Source of the DNA: a candidate division WOR-3 bacterium
GTDB lineage: Bacteria > Hydrothermota > Hydrothermia > LBFQ01 > DSFT01
Assembly: GCA_039803045.1 (NCBI GenBank)
Contig: JBDRXT010000001.1
Span: 1-35,377 of the forward strand
Direction: 5' to 3'
DNA length: 35,377 bases
A program made the translations under genes and the position numbers. Positions 8,283-16,742 of the stretch are shown here, in pieces (the stretch's first letter is position 1; each line of letters opens with the position of its first letter). The notes beneath the pieces are model-generated. The model was given only the letters and a program-made list of their open reading frames with translations, was not told where the DNA came from and made no database searches.

Positions 8283-9746
8283 ATGAATGAATATAAAATT
8301 TTTGTAAATGGTCAATTTGTTGATGGTAAAGGCGGAATTGGAGAAGTTATAAATCCTCATGATAATAAAACTATTGCTAAATATCATATTGCTAATTACG
8401 AAGATGTTGATTTTGCAGTAAAATCTGCAAGAGAAGGATTCGAAAAATGGAAAAGCCTTCCAATAAACAAAAGAATTAGGATATTACAAAATCTTTCAAA
8501 ATTACTATTAGAAAATTTAGATAAAATTTCAGAAGTAGAAAGTTTAAATGTGGGTAAGCCAATTACTTCTTCAAAAAGTGAAATCTTGGCAGGAATAAAT
8601 GTCTTGGATTTTTATATTGGAGCAATTAATAAAATTATGGGGGAAACAATACCAACCCTTCCAGGACTTTTTAATTATACAATTAGGGAACCAATTGGTG
8701 TTTGTGCTCTTATTGTTCCTTGGAACTATCCTTTAATGCTAACATTATGGAAGTTATCTCCAGCTCTTGCTTGTGGAAATAGTGTTATTATAAAGCCTGC
8801 AAGTTGGACACCGTTATCTGCTCTTGAACTTGCTAAGCTTTGTAAAGAAGCTGGTATTCCAGATGGTGTTGTAAACGTTATAACTGGACCTGGAAATACA
8901 ATTGGATCTTATTTAGTTCAGCATGAGGGAGTAGATAAAATTTCATTTACAGGTGAAACAAAGACAGGTTCTGAAATTATGAGATTAGCAAGTAAGACTA
9001 TAAAAAGAGTTTCATTAGAACTTGGGGGTAAATCTGCAAACATTGTTTTTGAAGATGCTGACTTAAATGATGCAATTAATGGTTCAATTTGGGCTATATA
9101 CTACAATTCAGGACAATCATGCGAGGCAAGAAGTAGAATTTTTGTTCATAAGAAAATTTATGATAAATTTCTTTCTGAATTCATTGAAAAAACTAAAAAA
9201 ATTAAGATTGGTTATCCCTTAAATAAAGAAACTCAAATGGGGCCACTTGTTTCAAAAACCCATCTGAACAATGTTCATAAACTTGTAGAGGAAGGATTGA
9301 CCCAAGGAGCAAAGTTGATTTATGGAGGTAAGAAAATTGAAGAATCTGATTTAAAGGATGGGAATTACTATTTACCAACAATATTAGAATTACAATCGTC
9401 TGATAATGTTTGCTTTAGAGAGGAAATATTTGGACCAGTTGTAATAATAATGCCATTTCAAGACGAAGAGGAAGCAATTAAGTTAGCAAATAACTCCAAA
9501 TATGGTTTAGCTGGTACAATTTGGACAAGAGATGTAAAAAGAGCAATAAGAGTTACAAATTCAATAATGGCAGGAAGCATAACTGTAAATCATCCCTTAA
9601 CTGCAATTCCGGGACTACCGTTCGGTGGTTATAAGCAATCAGGTTTTGGAAGAGAACTTTCACTTGATGCAATAGATCTTTTCACAGAGAAGAAAAGTGT
9701 GATTTATAAATACTCGGAGGAGGGGGTAAATCCATGGAAATTGTAG
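8283..9746 (+). CDS. NAD(P)+-dependent aldehyde dehydrogenase family protein
   Basis: 487 aa. ELGGKSANIVF catalytic Glu motif, NSGQSCEA catalytic Cys motif, FTGETKTG and PFGGYKQSGFGRE. Confidence 0.9.
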   Translation: MNEYKIFVNGQFVDGKGGIGEVINPHDNKTIAKYHIANYEDVDFAVKSAREGFEKWKSLPINKRIRILQNLSKLLLENLDKISEVESLNVGKPITSSKSEILAGINVLDFYIGAINKIMGETIPTLPGLFNYTIREPIGVCALIVPWNYPLMLTLWKLSPALACGNSVIIKPASWTPLSALELAKLCKEAGIPDGVVNVITGPGNTIGSYLVQHEGVDKISFTGETKTGSEIMRLASKTIKRVSLELGGKSANIVFEDADLNDAINGSIWAIYYNSGQSCEARSRIFVHKKIYDKFLSEFIEKTKKIKIGYPLNKETQMGPLVSKTHLNNVHKLVEEGLTQGAKLIYGGKKIEESDLKDGNYYLPTILELQSSDNVCFREEIFGPVVIIMPFQDEEEAIKLANNSKYGLAGTIWTRDVKRAIRVTNSIMAGSITVNHPLTAIPGLPFGGYKQSGFGRELSLDAIDLFTEKKSVIYKYSEEGVNPWKL

Positions 9747-10975
9747 AAAAGAGATTAATCTTATACTATACAGATAATCCCCCTTCAATTAATATAGATA
9801 ATTATGTTAAAAAGGGTGGTTATAAAGCAGTTAAGAAAGCTTTAGAAATGAAGCCAGAGGAAGTAATTGAAGAGGTCAAAATATCTGGTTTGAGAGGAAG
9901 AGGTGGTGCTGGATTTCCAACTGGTCAAAAGTGGTCATTTGTTCCGAATGATGGTCAAGAGCATTATCTTGTTATAAACGCTGATGAAGGGGAACCTGGA
10001 ACATTTAAAGATAGAGAAATTCTCGAAAAGGCTCCACATTTATTAATAGAGGGGGCTATAATATCGGCTTATGCTATAAGAGCAAACGAAGGATTTATAT
10101 ATTTAAGAGCAGAATATTTAGATGCTTTTAGGATTTTGAAAGAAGCTATCAATGAAGCATACAATAATAATTTACTTGGGAAAAATATTCTCGGAACTAA
10201 TTTCTCTTTTGATTTACATATATATCCGGGAGCAGGTGCCTATATATGTGGTGAAGAGACGGCATTACTAAACTCACTAGAAGGAAGAAGGGGTATTCCA
10301 AGATTAAAACCACCATTTCCTGCAATAAAAGGTTTATATTCAAAACCAACTATTGTAAATAATGTAGAAACAATAGCTAACATTCCAATTATTATAAATA
10401 ATGGAGGTAGTTGGTATAAGAAACTTGGAACAGATAAAAGTCCAGGAACAAAGATATTTACGATTAGTGGAGCAGTTAAGGAACCAAAAGTTTGTGAATT
10501 TGAACTTGGAAAAATTACATTTAGAAAACTTATAGAATATTCAGGGGGATTAAGAGAAGAAAGTAATTTAGTAGGAGTTATTCCTGGTGGTCTTTCTGCA
10601 CCAATCCTTGTAAATGATGAAATAGACATTCCTGTTACATATGAAGATTGTGCTATGAAGAATACAATGCTTGGAAGTGGAGCAGTTATAGTGATAGATG
10701 ATAAGATACCTTTAATTAAAATTATTAGAAGATCTATACAATTTTTCGCTTTTGAAAGCTGTGGATGGTGTACTCCATGTAGAGATGGACTTCCCTGGGC
10801 AACGAGAATTTTAAGAAAGATAGAACTTGGAAAAGGGACAAAGCAAGATTTAGATTTGCTGTATGAAATTACTAACTATATTAAATCAAAAACATTTTGT
10901 CCTCTTGGAGAAGGTGCTCAGTGGATATTGAGAGCATATATTGAAAAGTTTGGCGAGAGACTTCTTAATTTCTAA
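9734..10975 (+). CDS. nuoF: NuoF-like NADH-binding FMN/4Fe-4S flavoprotein (51 kDa subunit family), stand-alone
   Basis: GLRGRGGAGFPTGQKW, NADEGEPGTFKDR, ESCGWCTPCRDG and FCPLGEGA cluster ligands. Strong SD GGAGGAGGGGG (9716-9726). 13-nt overlap with the ALDH gene. Confidence 0.88.
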   Translation: MEIVEKRLILYYTDNPPSINIDNYVKKGGYKAVKKALEMKPEEVIEEVKISGLRGRGGAGFPTGQKWSFVPNDGQEHYLVINADEGEPGTFKDREILEKAPHLLIEGAIISAYAIRANEGFIYLRAEYLDAFRILKEAINEAYNNNLLGKNILGTNFSFDLHIYPGAGAYICGEETALLNSLEGRRGIPRLKPPFPAIKGLYSKPTIVNNVETIANIPIIINNGGSWYKKLGTDKSPGTKIFTISGAVKEPKVCEFELGKITFRKLIEYSGGLREESNLVGVIPGGLSAPILVNDEIDIPVTYEDCAMKNTMLGSGAVIVIDDKIPLIKIIRRSIQFFAFESCGWCTPCRDGLPWATRILRKIELGKGTKQDLDLLYEITNYIKSKTFCPLGEGAQWILRAYIEKFGERLLNF

Positions 10976-11655
10976 TGACAGAGCTTTGGGAGATTCTTTT
11001 TATATGGCTTGGTCTTGCACTTTTGTCAAGTTTAATTTCATTAAGGCTCGGTATATCTGGATAATTGTAGGGAACTTATTTAGCTGGTGCAGAGCTTGAA
11101 AGCAGTACTATAAAAACTTATTGGAAGAGTGCTATAATTAGTGGAGTATAAAACAATCAATTTTAGCAGGGACAGCGTTATCTTCTATCTCTATAGCTAT
11201 TGTTTACGCTTTGCTCATAGAAACTAACTTAAACGAAAAAAAAATTGGAAAATTACTTTTAGCTTCTTCTTTTATAAATGGACTTGGAACACTGCTTATT
11301 ACTTCCACCTTTTACAAGAGCATACAATTTTTATGTAAGAAATCATCACAGTGAACCAGAGGTTTCTAGTTATGCAGGAAGTGTTGCAGTATTGCCTGCA
11401 TATCTTATTGGTGTAATCTTATTTATTTCCTCAAAGCTGGTAGTCTGATTGATATTGCAATCGCGATTAAAAATCTTGGGTTTATAATTTTATTTTTTAT
11501 GATAAGGTTTTCTCTTAAATTGGTCGGTTTATATATTAACGGGTCTTACATTTGATACCATAGTTGCTCTCTATGGTTTAGAACATGGAATAATCGATAA
11601 GAATCAATATTCTATTTTAGAAGCAGTAATTTCTCTTCCCGAAGGAGGGAGATAA
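10975..11655 (+). pseudogene. decayed cation:proton antiporter (CPA2/Kef/NapA-like) gene remnant
   Basis: No ORF over 60 codons in 680 bp. Pieces in shifting frames read MTELWEILFIWLGLALLSSLISLRLGISG*L*GTYLAGAELESSTIKTYWKSAIISGV*, then AGTALSSISIAIVYALLIETNLNEKKIGKLLLASSFINGLGTLLI, then IDIAIAIKNLGFIILFFMIRFSLKLVG, then TIVALYGLEHGIIDKNQYSILEAVISL. The order and wording resemble CPA2 TM segments. TAATG overlaps remain at both ends (nuoF stop, usp start). Confidence 0.6.
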
Positions 11656-12074
11656 TGTTTAAAAAAATTTTACTTGCATATGATGGATCAGATGGAGCAA
11701 AACTTGCACTAGAAAAAGCTCTTGAAATTGCACTTCAAACAAAAGCAAAACTTTTTGTTTTATCTGTTGGAAGAATTCCTGAATATGCTGGAAGTATTTC
11801 AGAAGTAGAAGAAGCAAAATATCAAGCCCAAAAGTACTATTCAAAAATACTAAATGAAGTTTCTGAAAAAGCAAAAGAAAGAGGAATATATGCTGAAACA
11901 ATAATAAGATACGGTAAACCAGCTGATGTTATTGTAGATATGGCTAATCAAATAGGTGCAGATCTTATAGTTATGGGTATAAAGAAACATCATCCTTTAA
12001 GAAGGCGTATTTTGGGAGCTACAGCAGATAAAGTTGTAGATTTAGCAAATTGCTCAGTATTAATTGTAAGATAA
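11655..12074 (+). CDS. universal stress protein (UspA family)
   Basis: 139 aa. ILLAYDGSDGA...ADLIVMG...LGATADKVVDLANCSVLIV is the typical Usp ATP-binding pattern. SD GGAGGGAG upstream. Confidence 0.88.
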   Translation: MFKKILLAYDGSDGAKLALEKALEIALQTKAKLFVLSVGRIPEYAGSISEVEEAKYQAQKYYSKILNEVSEKAKERGIYAETIIRYGKPADVIVDMANQIGADLIVMGIKKHHPLRRRILGATADKVVDLANCSVLIVR

Positions 12075-12082
12075 AATTTATG

Positions 12083-12093
12083 CTTTAAAATTT
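12083..12093 (+). promoter_or_regulatory. promoter-like motif CTTTAAAATTT, 5 nt before ATG 12099
   Basis: 11-mer; 7 nt from TAAAAT to the ATG. A TTGTAA -35-like hexamer lies 16 nt upstream of TAAAAT. Confidence 0.6.
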
Positions 12094-12098
12094 CAATT

Positions 12099-14495
12099 AT
12101 GTTCTGGTTAATATTTTACAGTGATTTAAGTGAAAAGTTTATTCAAAGATTTTCAGAGAGATATAAAGTAAGCTATGATGAGGTTGTTTCATTTATAATA
12201 AAATCTGACTTGAATGTTATAACAAGTTACATAATTGAACTTTTTGAAATAAGTCCAGAGAAAGAAGCTTTTCATTATGCAGAAATGATAAAGGACGACG
12301 TTACAAATAAAATTTCTCTAAAAGACAAAAATAACTCTCCAAAAATAAATGTAAACTACATAGGATGTGGGCAAACTTTTACAAGATGGCAATGGGGAAA
12401 TGATAATGGGGGACCTGCTTGCACAGGATCTAATAGATGTTGGGGAACAATACTAAATGGAAATTATTTTCCAAATATGGATGATACATTATATTCTCCA
12501 ATTATTAATGCAAGTGGTTATAACAACTTAGTATTAAAATTTAAGCAGTGGTATAATACTGAAAGTAATTTTGATCAAGGTTTTGTCTTATGTTCTGGTG
12601 ATGGTGGAGCTACTTGGCATCAAGTAGCAGGTCCATATCAAGGTAATTCCGGAAATTGGATAAATACAACATTAAATTTACCCTCTCAATGTCAAAATAC
12701 TTCACAACTAAGAATAGCATTTAGATTTAAAAGTGATGGCTCAATTCAATATTATGGCTGGTATATAGATGATGTAATTATTGAAAATCAGACATTATCT
12801 AATATAACTGTTTTATATTCTAGTAGTTTTGAAAATGATAATGGTGATTTAAATCCTGTAAATATATCAGGTTTAGCTCCATGGCAAAGAGGAACTCCTA
12901 CTAGTGGTCCAAATTTCGCATATCACGGTTCTAATGTTTGGGCAACAAACTTATCAGGCAATTATAATAACAATGCAGATGAAGCTATTGAAAAAGTAAA
13001 TGCTATAAGTCTAAGTTGTCCTGGATGTACAAATTATTTTTTGAGATTTTATCATTATGTTCATACTGAAACAGGATATGATAGCGGTTGGGTAGAGCTA
13101 AATACTGGTGCAGGTTGGTTCAAATTTTCAACATCTTATAGAGGGAATGGTTCCAGTGGTCCTTTAACACCAACATGGCAAGCGGTTCAACTTGATTTAT
13201 CGCAGTATGCTAATAATAATATAAGATTTAGATTTAGATTTAAAAGTGATGGAAGTGTAAATTATTCTGGATGGTATATAGACAGTTTAAGTATAATTGG
13301 AGCAAGTTTAAGTTCAAATACTTTAGCATTTTATGACTTTAATGCTAACGATGGAGGCTTTACTGCTAGTCAGTCCTCTAATCTTAGCGATCCATATTTA
13401 TTAACTAATAACTATCTTGAATGGTATGTAGATATATTAGCACAAAATGACTTAGGAACTTATACTGCAAGAACTGGACCTGCTCATCCTTTTGGAGTAA
13501 TTTCAATTTTATATGGAGCTCAATTTTCACCAGTAAGTGCTTGGTCATCCTGGACTACTATTAGATCAGTGGCTACACAAAGAGATTATATTACAAAAAA
13601 TGGATCAGCGACAGCTCCAGCTCCTTACACATCTAACCAATTAAAACCCTATGCTACAACTGTTATATGTGAACAAAATATTCCAAGATTAACTATTATA
13701 TACGATGTAAATACTAATAATGATAACTTTAGAGTAAAAGAAATATTTTGGGTAAGTGGAACAGATGCAAATGATTCAAGATTATGGCACAAAACTATTG
13801 TTATAAATAATGCTAATGTACCAAGAGCGTATGGTGTGAGATGGGAATACGATACTCATGTAGGTAGCACTGACCGTCCAGCCCACTTTAGATGTGATTA
13901 TTATCCATCATTTAATTTAACCTGTTCTTCTCAAATTATAACAGAACAAACAGTAAATCCAGTACCAAATACTTTTGACTTTCTAAGAGAAAGCGATACT
14001 GATCCTCCATCAAGGTACCACTTATTTGCAGTGTATGCTGATGGTGGATTTCAAACAGGTGTTACTCCTCCAAGCTTTGTACAACACATAAGATGGTCTG
14101 ATGCTCATAGTTATACTTGGGATCAGGGTGTAAATAATGAAGATATTAGTCTTAGTGGTTTTGATAATGCATTTAATTATTTCTGGAATCCAGTTATCGT
14201 TAATCCTGGAGATAGTGTAGTATTTCAGCACTTTATAGGTTCTCCAGTACAGCCAACACCTGTTAATTACGATGAAATAAGGATTGGAAGAGAAATAATA
14301 AAAGTTTATAGGACAAGTGAAGGGTTTAATATATATTATAGTGGAAAATACGAAATGCCTGTAAGAATTTATAATATAAATGGAACTCTAATAAGAGAGA
14401 TGACGCTGAGAAGTGGCAATAATATGTTTAAGGTTCAAAGAAGCGGAGTTTATATAATAAAGGGTAAAGGTTTTGAATTAAAAGCAATAAAATAA
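12099..14495 (+). CDS. large secreted-type protein: two jelly-roll (MAM / choice-of-anchor-J-like) modules, an unknown domain and a T9SS-type C-terminal sorting domain
   Basis: 798 aa. Duplicated module ending LRIAFRFKSDGSIQYYGWYIDDVII and IRFRFRFKSDGSVNYSGWYIDSLSII. The last ~70 aa (VRIYNINGTLIREMTL..GNNMFKV..SGVYIIKGKG) resemble the T9SS type A CTD. The N-terminus has no signal peptide. Confidence 0.7.
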   Translation: MFWLIFYSDLSEKFIQRFSERYKVSYDEVVSFIIKSDLNVITSYIIELFEISPEKEAFHYAEMIKDDVTNKISLKDKNNSPKINVNYIGCGQTFTRWQWGNDNGGPACTGSNRCWGTILNGNYFPNMDDTLYSPIINASGYNNLVLKFKQWYNTESNFDQGFVLCSGDGGATWHQVAGPYQGNSGNWINTTLNLPSQCQNTSQLRIAFRFKSDGSIQYYGWYIDDVIIENQTLSNITVLYSSSFENDNGDLNPVNISGLAPWQRGTPTSGPNFAYHGSNVWATNLSGNYNNNADEAIEKVNAISLSCPGCTNYFLRFYHYVHTETGYDSGWVELNTGAGWFKFSTSYRGNGSSGPLTPTWQAVQLDLSQYANNNIRFRFRFKSDGSVNYSGWYIDSLSIIGASLSSNTLAFYDFNANDGGFTASQSSNLSDPYLLTNNYLEWYVDILAQNDLGTYTARTGPAHPFGVISILYGAQFSPVSAWSSWTTIRSVATQRDYITKNGSATAPAPYTSNQLKPYATTVICEQNIPRLTIIYDVNTNNDNFRVKEIFWVSGTDANDSRLWHKTIVINNANVPRAYGVRWEYDTHVGSTDRPAHFRCDYYPSFNLTCSSQIITEQTVNPVPNTFDFLRESDTDPPSRYHLFAVYADGGFQTGVTPPSFVQHIRWSDAHSYTWDQGVNNEDISLSGFDNAFNYFWNPVIVNPGDSVVFQHFIGSPVQPTPVNYDEIRIGREIIKVYRTSEGFNIYYSGKYEMPVRIYNINGTLIREMTLRSGNNMFKVQRSGVYIIKGKGFELKAIK

Positions 14496-14497
14496 AC

Positions 14498-14515
14498 CTT
14501 AAAATTTTAAAATTT
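14498..14515 (+). promoter_or_regulatory. two overlapping motif copies (CTTAAAATTTTAAAATTT) abutting the gltX TTG start (14514)
   Basis: The first TAAAAT (14500-14505) is 8 nt from the TTG. The second copy overlaps the start codon. Confidence 0.5.
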
Positions 14516-15920
14516 GGTAAGAGTAAGATTTGCTCCCTCTCCAACAGGTGAGTTGCATGTTGGGGGGGCAAGAACTGCTTTATATAATTATCTTTTTGCT
14601 AAACATTATAATGGGAAATTCTTATTAAGGATTGAGGATACAGATAGGGAAAGAAGCAAAGAAGAATTTACATATGGGATTTTTGAAGGTTTGAAATGGC
14701 TTGGGCTATTTTGGGACGAGGATGTTTTATATCAATCAAGTAGAATTGAGATTTATAAGCAATATGCTTATAAGTTAATTTCTGAAAATAAAGCTTATTT
14801 TGATTATTATAATTCCCAAGAGTGGGAAGAAATTAAAGAAAAGTACATACCAAGAGATATTCCAATAAATGAAAAAAAGCACGTTGAAAGAAATATCATT
14901 TTAGACCCTCCAAATGGTTATAAACATGTAAAGCAAAGAAAAATAGGTGCTATTAGATTATTCGTAGAGGACGGGATATTAATTAGTTTTGAGGATAAAA
15001 TTAGAGGTAAAATTGAGATTTTAAGCAATAATTTAAATGATATAGTAATTTTGAGAAGCGATGGAACACCTACATATAACTTTGCGGTTGTGATTGACGA
15101 TCATTTTATGGATATTACACATGTTATAAGAGGTGATGACCATATTTCAAATACACCAAAACAAATATTAATATATAAAGCATTTAATTGGGAAATACCA
15201 GAATTTGCACATTTACCTATGATACTTGGAAAGGATAAGAAGAAACTTTCAAAACGTCATGGAGCATTAAGTGTACTTGAATATAAAAATATGGGAATAT
15301 TAAGTGAGGCTTTATTTAATTTTTTGGCATTACTTGGATGGTCTCCAAAACATAATAGAGAAATTATAACAAAGGAAGAAATGATAAGGATTTTTAGAAT
15401 AGAGGATGTAAATAGTTCTCCAGCTGTTTTTGATATTGATAAATTGCTTTGGATGAATTCAGAATATATAAGAATGAAACCTGAGAGCGAGATTTTGGAA
15501 CTATTGAAGGAAATGAAAAATAATTATGAAGAGCAAAAACTTTTAAATTGCATAAGACTTCTAAAAACAAGAGTAAAGACATTAAGAGAATTTTTTGAAT
15601 TTGGAGATTATTTTTTAAGTGAAGATTTTAGTGTTGATTTAGAAGCTTTCAAAAAACTAATTAATGAAAAGACATCAAACTATTTAAGCTTATTATACGA
15701 AAGATATCAAAAGATTGAAACTTGGAATAAAGAAAACTTAGAAATTACATTAAGAAACTTAGCAAATGAGCTAAATATTAAGCCTGCTGAGATTATACAT
15801 CCTTTAAGAATTATAATAAGTGGAAAAACTGTTGGACCAAGTTTATTTGAAATGCTTGAAGTTATTGGTAAAGAAACTGTTTTAAATAGGATTAATAAAG
15901 TACTTCAAAAGCATTTGTAA
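14514..15920 (+). CDS. gltX: glutamate--tRNA ligase
   Basis: VRVRFAPSPTGELHVGGARTALYN (HIGH-type motif) and KLSKRHG (KMSKS). TTG start; the previous in-frame codons are AAT preceded by a TAA stop. Confidence 0.92.
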   Translation: MVRVRFAPSPTGELHVGGARTALYNYLFAKHYNGKFLLRIEDTDRERSKEEFTYGIFEGLKWLGLFWDEDVLYQSSRIEIYKQYAYKLISENKAYFDYYNSQEWEEIKEKYIPRDIPINEKKHVERNIILDPPNGYKHVKQRKIGAIRLFVEDGILISFEDKIRGKIEILSNNLNDIVILRSDGTPTYNFAVVIDDHFMDITHVIRGDDHISNTPKQILIYKAFNWEIPEFAHLPMILGKDKKKLSKRHGALSVLEYKNMGILSEALFNFLALLGWSPKHNREIITKEEMIRIFRIEDVNSSPAVFDIDKLLWMNSEYIRMKPESEILELLKEMKNNYEEQKLLNCIRLLKTRVKTLREFFEFGDYFLSEDFSVDLEAFKKLINEKTSNYLSLLYERYQKIETWNKENLEITLRNLANELNIKPAEIIHPLRIIISGKTVGPSLFEMLEVIGKETVLNRINKVLQKHL

Positions 15921-16737
15921 TAGGTTCATCTGTGAAAAGAAGCTTGTATCTTATTCCGCTTTTTAGAAATGAGGTTTTTATTTCATAAAGCCAATTATTT
16001 AGTGCTTTTTTATAATCTTCAATATAATATAGAGTATTTAAAGAAATTGAACTGTTTGTTTCTGGATCAAAAAACTTAAATGCTCCCCTATCCTCAATTT
16101 CTCTTTCTTGTGGTGAAAGAATTTGAAAAACTATTACATCGAAATTGAAATTATTCAAAGCTTTTAAAACTTTAATTGTAGAATTTTTGTTTGTTATCAA
16201 ATCAGAAATGAGAATTATCATGCCTTTTCTTTTGAGTTTGTTTGCAGAGATAATTAAAGGATTTTCAATATACGTTTTTCCAGAAGGTTTTAAGTTACTT
16301 AATGTTTTCAAAACTTTGTATAATTGTACTTTTGAAGATGATGGATTTAATATTAAATCAATTTTATCCGAAAATCCTATAAGTCCAAAAGCATCTCTTT
16401 GAAGATATAAAACATAACTTAAAATAGCAGTTAAGTTTTGAGCATATGTGAATTTATTTGGTTTTCCATAATCCATAGATTTTGAAATATCAAGAACTAA
16501 ATAAACCCTCAAGTTTGTTTCTTCATAAAATTTCTTAATAAATAACTTTTCTCTTCTTGCAAAAGCTTTCCAATCTATAAATCTAATATCATCACCTTTT
16601 GAATATTGTCTATGTTCTGCAAACTCAACAGAAAACCCCTCAAGTATACTTCTGTGTTTTCCTGAAAGATAACCTTCTACTACTTTTTTTGCTCTTAAAT
16701 ATAGATTTTCAATTTTCAAAATTTCATCTAAAAGCAT
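15892..16737 (-). CDS. DUF58 domain protein (vWA-like, MoxR-associated family)
   Basis: EFAEHRQYSKGDDIRFIDWKAFARREKLFIKKF and VLDISKSM are typical DUF58 motifs. No MoxR ATPase gene adjacent. Confidence 0.8.
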   Translation of the reverse strand: MLLDEILKIENLYLRAKKVVEGYLSGKHRSILEGFSVEFAEHRQYSKGDDIRFIDWKAFARREKLFIKKFYEETNLRVYLVLDISKSMDYGKPNKFTYAQNLTAILSYVLYLQRDAFGLIGFSDKIDLILNPSSSKVQLYKVLKTLSNLKPSGKTYIENPLIISANKLKRKGMIILISDLITNKNSTIKVLKALNNFNFDVIVFQILSPQEREIEDRGAFKFFDPETNSSISLNTLYYIEDYKKALNNWLYEIKTSFLKSGIRYKLLFTDEPITNAFEVLY

Positions 16738-16742
16738 TCAAT

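Noticed and set aside
11481-11501. TTTATAATTTT followed 7 nt later by an ATG inside the antiporter remnant
   Set aside because: The downstream ORF is only about 20 codons and is one of the pseudogene fragments. The leading C is absent. Probably a chance or fossil signal.
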